Assembly (NCBI RefSeq): GCF_037042905.1
Contig: NC_087251.1
Coordinates: 13,766,001 to 13,830,000, forward strand
DNA from: Lytechinus pictus
Lineage: Eukaryota
Length of the DNA stretch: 64,000 bases
Direction of reading: 5' to 3'
Shown here: piece after piece, positions 50,901 through 64,000 of the stretch
Layout: every line of letters begins with the position of its first letter
Position numbering within the stretch: the first letter of the stretch is position 1
Notes under the pieces: generated by a model
Databases searched by the model: none
What the model saw: only the letters and a program-made list of their open reading frames with translations
Told to the model about the DNA's origin: nothing
Position numbers and translations under genes: made by a program

Positions 50901-53900
50901 TACCTTAAAAAATATAAAAATTGTCTATGTAATGATTTCCATTTGTATCATTTTCATTATTTTGGCGATGATAGATTTTTATTTCTTGAAATTAGGAAGG
51001 GCTACCAACAATTGGGTATTATACATATATTTATTTCATACAGCCCCAAATATACCCTGCTTAAGGAATTGTATTTCTGCTTTATGTAATGCAAGTAGAA
51101 ATTTGTAAAGAAAGGGAAGATTGATTTTGTCTTCCCACAAAACTTGAATTGAAAATATGAAATAAAAACAAACAGCAAACAGATGAATATTAAAAAAAAA
51201 CCTAATGACTGATTTCTTCTAATGACATGCCTTAAACAATTTTACAAAGCTCTTTGTAAATAAGTTAGCTGTTTCTAAACACATAATTTTACAAGCAACT
51301 GGAATGTCAAGTGCAAAGATGGTTAGGTCAAATAATTTCATGACATATCAACAAAATAGTATGTCAAATGAATCAAATGAATCAATTTTTATTACAGCAA
51401 AAAATATAAACTTTAAAAATGTATTTTAACATGGGTAAAATGTTCATCATTATCTGCACAATCACATTTCTGCTAATGTGGATGAGGCACAGATTTGTAT
51501 GAACCACATTCCCATTGTTCATAAGACAGCTTTGTGAACCAGTCTAAAATATGTATAAATTCTATTGCAGGGTCAAAATCCTTATTTCACCCCTCCAGAC
51601 ACTGCAACATTATGGAGATGAATTAACAAAAGTAAGAAAACCCAGGATAATCATATTAATCACAAGCAATGTATGCTCTTCATCTTACAGCATGAATGGG
51701 AAATAAATTAGTGTCCAGTTGGCAACTTTGCTGGTAACCACACACGTTATCGGTTTATTTGCACCAACAATATGACCAAATGAAGATAAATTGCTTAATT
51801 ACCATATAAAAGATTTAAGCTAAGCTACAATTCACAGCCCATATCTTTAGCCAAGTTAATTAAATTATTAAGAAAAAGAAATTGCTTTTTTCTAAATATG
51901 TCACAACACAAATTCTCCCATCTTACTAAAATTATACTATGAAGTTTTTTAAACCTGTTGAAATCCATTTCAGTACATGCATGTTACAGTAAATTGACAA
52001 TACTGCATTTTTTTTATGATACATTGAATGACTGATGAGCATTATTTCATTAGTGTTTACCCCCACCCCCCCCCCTCTTTCTCTCTCATAATGTTTCATT
52101 CTTTTTGCTGTATTCAATGTTCTAATTTATGGCACAAAAGTTTTAATGGCAAATGTACATATTTACAACTGAAATTATTGAGTTTTATCATAATACATGA
52201 ACACCTTATTCAGACACTACAATTACCAGTTTAAAATTATCCATATGATACCAGTAGGTTTAATAATTAGTTATCTCTTACACATTTTATTTTAAGGATG
52301 GGGGAAATTAATGGGGGACAACGGTGCATTTGGTGCAGCAAGCGTGAGAGATTATCAATGATTATGGGAAATAAATAAGACGGAAATATCCTCCACCTTG
52401 GGTGGTAAGGCGAAAAGTGCCTTGTCCTGTGCATCAGCCAATCACCATGAAGCATTCAATTCAAACAAAAACAAAAAGAAAAGGCAAAAAGAAAAATGAA
52501 GAAGTTGAGAACATGATGCAAATAAGGAATTTCTGAATAAAGATGAGCAACATAACAAAGTGAATGCCTGTCAGAAGACCATAGAGAATAACATGATCAG
52601 GGTTTTTAGTGGTAAAGGATTTCAAAAGTATCCTGTATGTTCAAAGAGAAAAAATATGTTCAATAAGACAATATACATAGGAAAATGAAGGATTATCATA
52701 GATGATTTTCAAATATTCATAAAATTTCTGATTGTACAGAATAGGATTTGGGTACAATTAGGCCAATGGCCTAACAATTTATAAAAACTTCATGGTCCAA
52801 ATTCACAACGGCAGTTTAGTTAGTACCTTGGTTTTGAACCATTAGCAAATGTTGATTTCATGACAAAAATCTGATTAATTTATTGTATACAGTGAGAAAG
52901 TTGATGCAATAGTAAATACGTGCTTTTATCACAGGGTAATAAATTCACAAATGTTGGTATGGTTTGACACCTACTTTTCATCTTAATGATCTTACTTAAA
53001 TGAGTGCAGTAATAATCTATATTGATTTATACAGAGTGGTCTACAACCACAGTAACAAGAGTGAATTCCCTTGTGACATTAGACCTTCCTCAATCGCTAA
53101 ATCAAATAGTCATACATTAAATCTGCATAACTGTGGTTTTCAAACGAACTTTCTGTATTCTAGCCAATTACCCTTGTACCAGTAACCACTGATCATGAAT
53201 CATAATCCTCCTATGGTACCCTGAGAGTAATGTACAAATAATGAAGGTGAACAAAAAATAGAAGAGGTGACTGATAACATACTGAATAACTCTTACATCA
53301 TAATACCTGGGAATACCATTGCTGTGAATATATGTGACATATTGCTGAATAAATTCAGGGTGACATATATTTAAACATATGGGACTATGCGGGGAGGGAA
53401 CTTGTAAGAACAAACCCATATTGAACAAGGATGAGACGGTGCTCTTGATATCTACTTACTTCCTCAGTCTCACTCTCAGGCTAAATCAGATAATGGATTC
53501 AATAGAATCTGGTTAACTTGGGAAAGCATCGTTTCATTCATGTCATAAACAAATTAGTTGTAAGATACTTACAATGACTTCTTTAAATACAAGCATAATG
53601 CAATCATGGTAGTATCCAAATATAAACCAATCATTAATAGAGTGTAATGGAAGTAGAAGTATGCAACTAGTTTTAGAAAAACTTTATGTAATGCATATAA
53701 ATATCTCTCTAATAAAAAAAAAACACACATGTCTTTGCATTATCTTTACCATTAATTCATATATTTGGTGCTGTTGGTTTTACAGAAACTTGATGTTCAA
53801 ATGTATTAAAACTAATGGAAAAGAAACATATATGTATATGCATGTGTATGATTATTTTTCAATCATTTTAACATTTGATATTATGTTCTAAAAAAGTTAA

Positions 53901-56900
53901 CTTTCCAATACATATGCCTCAAATGGTATTAATGAAAATATTTATGGAAGATTGAACATTTGCATTCATTAATTACCCGGACAAACATCAAACAGCAAAT
54001 ACATGAAGCAAAGCATGATGGGAAATGCGAGTTATAAGTCTCCACATGCATTCATGGTTGTTTTTTAAAGTCATAATTAGAATAAAAGGAATGGGGTGTG
54101 ACAGTTCAATTATAAATAAAATTAAAGAAAGGATATTAGCTTTGGCTGATCTTATTCATTAGCATAAAAAGAGCAAAAGATATATGGAATCATGGCTGCT
54201 TTCACGCTAGCAAGTATGGGGAGAAAACTCAAATGTTAAATAACAACAATCAAAGTACTTATATCACACATGAAATGAAACCATTTGATGCTCTGCAGTT
54301 ATGAGTTAATTTGCATTTATCAAATTGTACCACAAATTTTAATACAGAAATGTCTTTAAAACCCCCCATTATTATACCAAGTATACATTTTGATATGAAA
54401 GTACATTTTAGTATGTATTATGATATGAAAATAGACAATATTGTTCTCTTACTCTTATTTAGTATATGTTTATGCAGTAAATACAAGACTTTTAGTACTT
54501 CCCTAATAAATGTGATGGTTGTCAATATCATATTATTTTCCATTTGAAATAACATTACTGCAATATTTTGTCTTATTGACATTTTTGTACTTGTTTCAGA
54601 TTTGGCTATCACCCACAGGATGGGGGTAAAATCAATAGGTTATTATAGGATTGTGCATATCTAATACTACTTTTTTTCAGATATATAAATCTGTCAACAT
54701 AGGTTATGATTTTGACATTTATCAGTTATACCAAATATTTTCCCAAAATTAGCCAAAAAGGTGTACATAAATCAATATACAAATTTTTATATTTATAAAA
54801 TCCCCAATAGTGTATCACTTTTCTACCAAATGAGCCTAAAATGGGTAAGTTTGGTTATATCTTAAGTGGAACAAATCTTAGTCCCACCCCAAACTACCAT
54901 TCCTACCCAGGTGCTAGCACTAAGAGCAATACTGGATGGTTGAGTGCATTCTGTATTGCTTTACTTATATGACGTTCTTTTATTTTCTCACTTACCCCTG
55001 GTGCAATGAGTTTTTGTATCTCCCTCTGAGCCCTGTTTGATGACGTCATCAGGACACTCTTCTTGTTCTTCAACTCTACACAATTACAAGGTTAAAATTG
55101 TAATCTGAAATGCTTCAACTGCACGTAAATAAGCATGTATACACATTACATACCATATACTTCTTACAACCCTAATGCATTTCTATTTACGGGTACTTTG
55201 TTTCATAAAAGATATTCTTTGGTACAAATTTTAAAAAGCATGGAAGGGAGAAACACTTCAGCGCAACTATGTGCATATCTGAAAGTGATAATTTCCATAA
55301 TAGTATAGTTGCAAAATTGCAAAAAGTCATGAAAAATAACACCAATATGAAATATCTAGTATATATTGTAATGAAAATACATTAAAAAAAAACAGCTAAG
55401 AGAAAAAGTATAAATAAACTTTCTATGAAATCAACACCTAATGAAATAATTTCACCATATTACAAGTCAGACAGCAAGGGGATGTATACCTATATCTAAT
55501 ATTTTGACATTGCAGAGGGTATCAGCCATCCAATAAATCACATGAAAATGCTGTTTTATATCATTTACACAAAATCAGTGTATGAGCATGAAAAATGTTT
55601 CTTCCTCTTTCCTCTTCCTACTTACCCACTATGCCTTTCTTCTTATTTTTATATTCATCTTGTTTCTCTTCAAACATTCGTTCAAGCTCCTCAAAGATAG
55701 GTGTCTTCTCCTCAAGTTCTTTCATCTTAGCTTCCAAAGTAGCTTCAGCATCAGCTATTTTATTCTTTAAAAAGACAAAGAAAATAAGATATAAAGGATG
55801 GGATGCAGCTAGGAGGGGGTTATTTTTAATTTGGTTTTGATAGTGCTGATATAGCCATCAGAGCAGTACCCATTATCAGGGTTCTTTGTTTTCAATATCT
55901 CTTTCAGCAGAAAAATGGGGGGAAATATTATCTGTCATAACTTTTTAAAATCATGTTGAAATGTTTTCTTCATAAGAAAATTTTCACTCGAGAGAAGAGG
56001 AAAGTTAAATATAGCTCAAACGTATATGTTTAGAGCATAATTTAATAGATCAAGTACTAGTATACTGGTGTACCTGTAAAAATCTTAAATTCTCTAGTGC
56101 ATATTCCCTTTCATTAAAAAAAAAGTCTTGCAGGTCTTAACTTAAACACTAACATGTGTACCAGATCTCACCACCATCCAACCGTACACTGATTCCTATA
56201 ACCCCATTCAAACTATATTTGATGCAGATTTAAGCATGCAAATACAGCAAGCCTCACAATATTATACAAACTGGTTATAAAGAAATAACATGAACTGATG
56301 TGCTTACAAAGAGAGGATTCTAAATTCACATTTTACTTACTTCTATATTTGCAATCTCATCATGCAGCTTCTTCTTCACTTTGGAAAAATTGCCCTCGGC
56401 CTTCTTCAAATCCTTTTCAAGTGTTTTGATTGTGATGTCATCTTTTGCGATATCTTTTGTAAGCTGCTCACCCTATTGACATCAAGGAAAGAAAGAAATA
56501 ATGATGACGAAAATCAGAATATGTATCACAACGGCATGATTTTTTTAAAATACTGTATTCAAGCAATAATGTATGACTTCTGCTTCCCGTAACACAAAGG
56601 TTAGCGATTAATCGTACACTTGATTTTCATGATTGATTTTACATTGTAGTCAATGCAATCAATCATTGCTAAGCTTTGTGTTACGGGCCTCAGCTAAGTA
56701 TATGTTAGTGCAGTGCCTTCTTCAATGTCTTTTTTCATGTAAACATTTCAATGAACAATAGTGACCCAGGTGTAACTGATTCTCTACATCCAATACAGTT
56801 CACAAATGAAATATTTTGAAATTTTGCTTCATGACAGGAAATCTTTTCTAATGAACATTTCATTTTCATTCACTTTTAGACATATCAGAAACAGAATATC

Positions 56901-59900
56901 CTCGGCCTCGTCTTAAAAAGAGTTACGATTGATCTGTTCAAACTCAAGTATATGGAAATCCATCAATGTCATAATATTTTCTTTAGGAAACTTGTACAAT
57001 GTCCTTTGCAAACAAAGAGGAGCATACTGAATTGTCAAGAAAACAGTGAATGTATGAATATACATCATATTCGGAAAATATTTTGAACACCTGTATTTCA
57101 GATGTTGATGTTGCTGGCCTTCCATAGTTGTGGTTGACTGGATCAATTACAACTCTTTGTAAGATGGGGCCCAGGTTGCATAGTCACAAAATCTGTGCAA
57201 TAATATCATTGTAAAATATCTGACATTATTCAAGCTTACCTCATTTGTAAGATCTACATGATCTTGTTTAGCCTTGTTGATGCGATCACTCATTGTACTC
57301 ATATACTTGGCAAAGTCCTGCCTGAAGTCTTCTAACTCTCGACTCAATGCATCCCTCTTCTCCTGAAGCTCAAAGCGTTCCTTGCGCTCTCGGGTCAGGT
57401 TCTCTCTGAAGTCCTGGATCTGCTTGGTCAACAGTTGAACTGTTATCCTAGGATACAGCAGAGAAACAGAGACAAGGGAAAAGAGGGGGAGAAAGAGAGG
57501 AGAGGGAATGAGGAGGTAGTGTGTGAAGTTGGTACAGACACAGAGAACGAAACAGAAATGAAGAGCAAATAGGAAGGAGAGAAAACAAAATTTATTAAAT
57601 GTAAAAATCATGAATATGGATTGATTACAAGTAAAGGTATATATTAATGATTCAGCTGACTTTCTATGCTCTTTCCCTTGCTCTGGTACGTTTCATATTG
57701 TGTCTTTGATGTTTGCTCTAAGACAACAATAATAGAAAATTAGTAACCCTAAGTGGCAAACATACAATTTGCCCTTTTCAGATAGAGGAGCAGTTAAATG
57801 AAACAAACATGAATCAAACACAAATCCCAAATGCAAAGATCTGATTGGTTAAAAATCAAATTGAACTTGAAGTTACATTTTCAGCTTAACTATTGAGTAC
57901 AATGTTAAATAAAAAAAAAGTTAGAAAAGATGGCCCTTCTCACTCAGGTTATATCATTATACTTACCATAGATTTAAATTTACAAATCATATCCTTTCCA
58001 TAATACTATTATAAAAAAAGGAGGTGTGTACTTACTGGTGATTTTCTTCCAAATTCTTCATCTTCATCTCCATCTCATCATTCTCAAGTTTCATTCGAGC
58101 TGTATCTGTTGCTTTCTTGGTCAAGTCATCTTTCTTACTCTGCAAACTGTAATGATAAGGTTTGTTCATAGAGCTGTTTCAGTAAATTGTAGCATGACAT
58201 TAAAAAAAAATAAGTGGAGCGCCTCTGGCAGTCTTACCTGCATCACGAATTCAATATAGCAGAAGTGCTGACTTTGAAAACTACTATAAAATAATTATTC
58301 ACAAAAAACACCATTCATATAATGATACAATACTACGTTCATTGACAATAAATGACATTTGACCTTGATCATGCGACCTAAGACTTGTCAGTGATACTTG
58401 ATTATCCCTATATCCACATTTTATAAACTATATCTTTAAACTTCGAAAGTTATGACAGCAATCAAATAATTACCTCCAAATTGGCAAAAGTTCAATGACC
58501 TTTGAATTTGGTTATGTGACCTAAAACCTCGCATGAGATGTTCAGTGATACTTGATTACCGTAATCTTATGTCCAAGTTTTATGAACTAGATCCATACAC
58601 TTTCAGAGTTATGATGGTTATTCAACAAATACCCCCAACATGGCCAAAGTCCATTGACCTTGGTCATGTGACCTGAAACTCGGACAGGGTGTTAAGTGAT
58701 ACTTGATTACTCTTATGTCCAAGTTTTATGAACTAGACCAATACACTTACAGAGTTATGATGGTAACTTAACAAATACCCCCAACATGGCCAAAGTTCAT
58801 TGACCTTAAATGACCTTTGACCTTGGTCATGTGATTTGAAACTCGCACAGGATTTTCAGTGATACTTGATTACTCTTATGTCCAAGTTTCATGAATCAGA
58901 TCCATAAACTTTCAAAGTTATGATGGTAATTCAACAGATACCCCAACATGGCCAAAGTTCATTGACCTTTGACCTTGGTCATGTGACCTGAAATTTGCAC
59001 AGGATGTTCAGTGATACTTGTACTCTTATGTACAAGTTTTATAAACTAGACCAATAAACTTTTAAAGTAATGATGGTAATTCAACAGATACCCCAACATG
59101 GCCAAAGTTCATTGACCTTTGACCTTGGTCATGTGACCTGAAATTCACACAGGATGTTCAGTGATACTTGATTACTCTTATGTCCAAGTTTTATGAACTA
59201 GACCAATACACTTACAGAGTTATGATGGTAACTTAACAAATACCCCCAACATGGCCAAAGTTCATTGACCTTAAATGACCTTTGACCTTGGTCATGTGAT
59301 TTGAAACTCGCACAGGATTTTCAGTGATACTTGATTACTCTTATGTCCAAGTTTCATGAATCAGATCCATAAACTTTCAAAGTTATGATGGTAATTCAAC
59401 AGATACCCCAACATGGCCAAAGTTCATTGACCTTTGACCTTGGTCATGTGACCTGAAATTTGCACAGGATGTTCAGTGATACTCGTACTCTTATGTACAA
59501 GTTTTATAAACTAGACCAATAAACTTTTAAAGTAATGATGGTAATTCAACAGATACCCCAACATGGCCAAAGTTCATTGACCTTTGACCTTGGTCATGTG
59601 ACCTGAAATTCACACAGGATGTTCAGTGATACTTGTACTCTTATGTACAAGTTTTATAAACTAGACCAATAAACTTTCAAAGTTATGATGGTAATTCAAC
59701 AATACCCCCAACTTGGCCAAAGTTCATTGACCTTTATCATGTGACCTGAAACTCGCACAGGATGTTCAGTGATACTTGCTTACTCTTATGTCCAAGTTTC
59801 ATGAATCAGACCTATAAACTTTCAAAGTTATGATGGTAATTCAACAGATACCCCCAACTTGGCCAAAGTTCATTGACCCTAAATTACCTTTGACCATGGT

Positions 59901-62900
59901 CATGTGACTTGAAACTCAGGCAAGATGTGCAGTAATACTTGATTAAACTTATGTCCAAGTTTCATGCACTAGGTCCATATATTTTTTAAGTTATGATGAC
60001 ATTTCAAAAACTTAAACTTAGGTTAAGATTTTGATGTTGATTCCCCCAAGTCTAAGTCTAAGTTCATTGAAAAGCAGCGCCTAAAGTCTCACTCTGCGAT
60101 GCAGGTGAGACAAAAAGCCAACAGGCACATCACATAAAGTAATGCACTGATGTGTTACTTTCAGGTAACTCAACTCTTTGAAATCCCCCCCCCCCCCCCC
60201 CGAGTCATAATATTGAATTGTGAAATGTTTGAGTTCAACAAAATGATAGAACTACTCAGAGTAACATGCACAGCACAGAGAAATACATGTAGGGGACTTT
60301 AATGAAAAGTTGCTTTTGATTTGGGGGGATTTTTGGATGATCCTTTGAAACATACATCTGCAATATAATAATCGTCCTGAATGATATGATAATAGTGCGA
60401 GAGCTTGTTGCAACCGTTTCTTCACTTTCACATAATTTGACTTTGTAAACATCATTTTTCTGAACAGAATTTTTTGTAACTGAGCTTTGTTGTGTCATGT
60501 CTAAGCAAGTATTGTCATTAACATGCATCTTAAAATCAAGTTCATAAGCAATTACTTAAACAACTTTGTCCATTTTAATTCTGCTGTACTTACATATTAT
60601 CTATCTCCTGGACCTTTGAGCCTTCCTTTTCTGCCACCTCCAAAGCCTCTTCAACAACTGCAAACAAAAGGAAAATTGTCACATGAATGGAGAAAATGGT
60701 GTATCAATCAGCGAGTTCAAGTACAGTGCTGAAAACTGGGCCCTGTCTCACAAACAATTGATAGATTGATTTAGACTCAAATAGAGATTGATCTCAATTC
60801 AAATTCCAATCTATTTAATTACATAATTTGAGATCAATCTAATATTGATTTGTTTTGCATGGTTCACAATTCTTTGTACGACAGGACCCTGAAGTCTAAA
60901 CAAGAAAGAGTTCCAGATATTAAAAACATGGCACACTTGCAATATTGTCATAAGGTGCCAACAAATTGGATCTTGCACTGAAATATCACCTCCTCTTCAT
61001 TTCCAAAATCAACATAAACACATAGAATATGTTACCAAGGCCACTACACTTGTTTGTACTCACTGACTTTCTTCTCATCATGTTCAGTCTTTAGTCCATC
61101 ATACTGCTTGTTAGTTTTTGTTATGTCTCTTTCAAGCTTTGGAAAGGGAAATGAAACACAAAATAAATATTCAAATTAGTTTGATACATTAAAAAGAAGT
61201 CAGGATTAATTTTCCCAATTTCACAGACAAAGCTCACACATAACTAGAAAATATATTTTCGAAAGATTTCATTTAACAGCTAATTCTCAAACTTCTGTTT
61301 GTTCCAAATTACATTATGTATTTAATGCAATAGCAACTTCCAGTGTTTATTAAATGATTGTCACATATATTTTAAGGTAAATCCATTACATAATCAGTCT
61401 ACTTGCACTTTATTTTTAATAGAATATAAAAAAACATTACATAACAAAACACAAATAAAACTTTATATGTATCAATCTGTGGAGTATTTTATGAAACAAA
61501 TCGTCAGCAATTTTCAAAGAAAACTGTTATAAGCTACTGAAATCCTTGAATCTGATTGGCTGAAAGAATATATGCCAGTGAAAATCCACAACAAGATGCT
61601 TCATGTAATACTCCCGTGTATTATAATCTCACCTCGGTAACCTTGGTCTGCAGTATAGCTTCTTTCTTACCGGTCTTTGTTTCTAGGTCAGTCAACTGAA
61701 GAGAAAGCTTTATTCTAGAAAAAAAAACAGACAGAATCATGAATAATATCTTCAGGCTTATAGTTTCAAAATTTATGAGATTTTATCAAGGTAATACCAT
61801 AAATAAATAAGCTGTCTGCTACATCTTGATTACCAATATTTTTTTTACAATCTTTATTATGGAAGGGATATATAACAAATATACCGCGTGTTTCTTTCAA
61901 AAGTAGAGTGGAAGTATTCATCCTCAATTGGTACCTCAGATGAAATATTTCCATTATACTTTCTCAAACCCGGTTATATTTGTATAATATATCTATGATC
62001 CTCCAGACATCTGAAAAAAAATGACTTACCAACTTGAATAGAAAATATCACAATAAAAAGATAACAAAATGCATGAAACATGTAATCAAAGAAATAAAAC
62101 AATTTCTTACCCTTCATCTTTCATTTGTTCATTGTGCACTAATTCTTTATCAAGTTGATCCTGTAACAGTTTCTCTTGGGCTTCTGATCTGGTGCGATTA
62201 GTGTCAAAACGGCGTATGACCTAAATAGAAAGTTTGACAATGGGGTAATAAATAAGATTGAATAGATACGAATCATGTAAAAACTCGTTCATTGTAATGG
62301 AATAGCACAATACATGATACAATTCATAATGCAAAAAAACCACACTGCATATCTCAGAAACACTACAGCACTAGGTCATGTCAAAGGAAGAACGGTAGCC
62401 ATGTTTTTTCACTATCATTATCATTCTTTTTTTTTTTAGATGACAGTTTTCATCGGCCCAGTAGCAATAGAGTACCGAAGTGTGACGTTACTTTTTGCAT
62501 ATTCGTGTTTCTATATCATATTTTGGTAGAGCTTGATGAATAATCCCCACAACCCAAATATTGTGACAATCGGTCCAAGGGATCCCAAGATGTAACCTCA
62601 TGAATACATAATTAGCCCCATTGAAGTCAATGTATTATTGGCCTGGTTCTAAAAGTTAGAAACCAGGCAAATAATGAATTGACTTCATTGGGGCTAATTA
62701 TGTATTCATGAGATCATATCTCAGGCCCCCATGGACCGATTCTCACCAAATTTTGGAAGTGGGGGTTTTTCATCATGCTATACCAGAATATGGTATCAAA
62801 AACGCTGAAATTTATAAAAGTTTTTTTTTACATCATCACTTCGGTACTCTTTAATGAAATCATCCTCAAGTAAGGCAATTCATATCCCAGAAGCAACTTT

Positions 62901-63737
62901 CTTCATACATTTCAATACTAATTATGCTCAGCAGAGGCCCTTTTTCATAAGTAAATTAACTTTGTCATGATGGTAAGTACCATATACACCTTGACATTAA
63001 TTGAATGCCGAGCCCTTTAACCATGAAAGTTACCATAATGGCAAGAATACTGTTACCATAGGTCTTTGTGAGACAAGACCCAATGACTAAAACTTACCTT
63101 CAGAATGTCATTAAGCTCTAATTTCTTGGCAGTCAACTGTTCTTGAAGGAGATCTACTTGTTTCTTTTGAGCTATGTTGGCTTCTTTCTGTTTCTTGGTC
63201 TTCTTGGCTGTGTCATGCTATAGATAAAAAAAAAATCACACCCAACATTAACCCGCTGACTATTGAATTATGTGCATCACATAGACTTTGTACAGGGACT
63301 ACCCAGTACAAGGAGTCAATGGGTGAACAGAATCTTAGTAAAACACACACACACACAAAAGGATTTCAATACTATACACACCTTTGAAAATTTACCTTAC
63401 AAATTTAGTGATTAAAATCACCTTACAAATTTAGTGATTAAATTTACCTTACAAATTTAGTGATTACATATCAGAAAGCTACAAAGATTATATCCTGTAA
63501 ACATCAGCCCACAATCCTGCTAAAAGGCAGGGTGATTATGCTACATTATTGTAGAATACTTCCACATTTCAGATAAAGTGTTAAGTACTATAAAGGCAAA
63601 TATAAGTAATCATTATTCGATTTGTAATTATGACTTACCACTGCCTGTTTGAGTCTTTTCTTCTCTTGCCTTGCATCAGATCTCTCCTGTATCATGTCTT
63701 CTTTCAAAATCACAATCCCCGTCTCAAGATCTACAAT
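44904..63737 (-). CDS. Long coiled-coil protein, 3' portion (613 aa in window); CCDC175/CCDC178-like candidate
   Basis: Exons: 63737-63639, 63217-63098, 62220-62111, 61714-61633, 61136-61064, 60657-60594, 58146-58036, 57447-57240, 56472-56341, 55764-55626, 55075-54996, 47691-47539, 46647-46545, 45802-45596, 45064-44904. All GT-AG and phase-consistent, 1842 nt, with an E/K/L/Q-rich heptad pattern. The 5' end lies beyond the window. The family name is tentative. Confidence 0.85.
45130..45575. repeat. Degenerate (CAT)n microsatellite
   Basis: ATC/CAT/CAC triplet runs seen directly. Confidence 0.85.
47290..47433 (+). mobile_element. L2/SINE-type 3' tail fragment
   Basis: TAGCGCTTTGAAACG...AGCGCTTTATAAAT followed by (ATT)n. 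Confidence 0.5.
56904..57172. mobile_element. Harbinger-like palindromic MITE
   Basis: GGCCTCGTCTTAAAAAGAGTTACGATTGATC / GATCAATTACAACTCTTTGTAAGATGGGGCC. Related small MITEs near 6232-6360, 56586-56690 and 60738-60889. Confidence 0.65.
58210..60114 (-). mobile_element. Helentron-associated element with an 11-unit internal satellite array
   Basis: Same termini as 15397-16160 in reverse orientation. Monomer anchors at ~58405, 58565, 58711, 58874, 59024, 59176, 59339, 59489, 59639, 59784 and 59947. Confidence 0.85.
62469..62850. mobile_element. Palindromic MITE
   Basis: TIR AGAGTACCGAAGTG / CACTTCGGTACTCT with a long central hairpin. A deleted relic lies at ~36143-36301. Confidence 0.75.
63388..63465. 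repeat. Minisatellite, 3 copies of ~27 bp
   Basis: ACCTTACAAATTTAGTGATTA is repeated three times. Confidence 0.8.
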
Positions 63738-64000
63738 CTATTACACATCACACAAAAAAACCCAAAAATAATAACATTTTAGATTTTCACATTTCAAACT
63801 TAATTAAAAAAAATTCACAATCTTAGTCCCATACAACTCAAGCTTTTATCCAAGCCAATAAATTTTATTCATACAATGTATATCAATAAAAAATTACTTT
63901 TGCTAAGTAGGTTGTGTCCATGGTATTGCATATTAGGTTACTCACAATTTAGAACTAACTTGATATCACAATGATACACTGCATCATCCAAAATGAGTTA

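Noticed and set aside
58350..60000. Regular array resembling a CRISPR
   Set aside because: There are no unique spacers and no cas genes. The units are whole ~150-163 bp monomers in a eukaryotic intron.
61064..61067. Alternative donor AAA|GTCAGT
   Set aside because: It gives phase 0, which hits a stop in the next exon. The GTGAG donor keeps the frame.

Overview
This is AT-rich animal (metazoan) genomic DNA with GT-AG introns. The repeat content suggests a marine invertebrate such as a sea urchin (inference). Four spliced host genes can be assembled by hand with consistent exon phases: a DDHD1-like phospholipase A1 (+, 11 coding exons), NDUFV3 (-, 3 exons, 99 aa), MGME1 (+, 6 coding exons, head-to-head with NDUFV3), and the 3' part of a long coiled-coil protein gene (-, 15 exons, CCDC175/178-like). 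Mobile DNA is dense. It includes an intact, potentially autonomous Tc1 DD34E element, Helentron-associated (Tsp/Pearl/DINE-1-like) elements carrying a ~150-163 bp satellite, and TTAA elements (piggyBac- and Kolobok-like). There are also 8-bp-TSD elements, Harbinger-like MITEs, tRNA-derived SINEs and decayed LINEs. The most notable items are the intact nested Tc1, a three-level transposon nest, an incipient higher-order satellite, repeated local duplications spanning splice sites, and a candidate microexon plus alternative last exon inside a 7.3 kb intron. I found no evidence of a prokaryote-type or wholly new multi-gene system.
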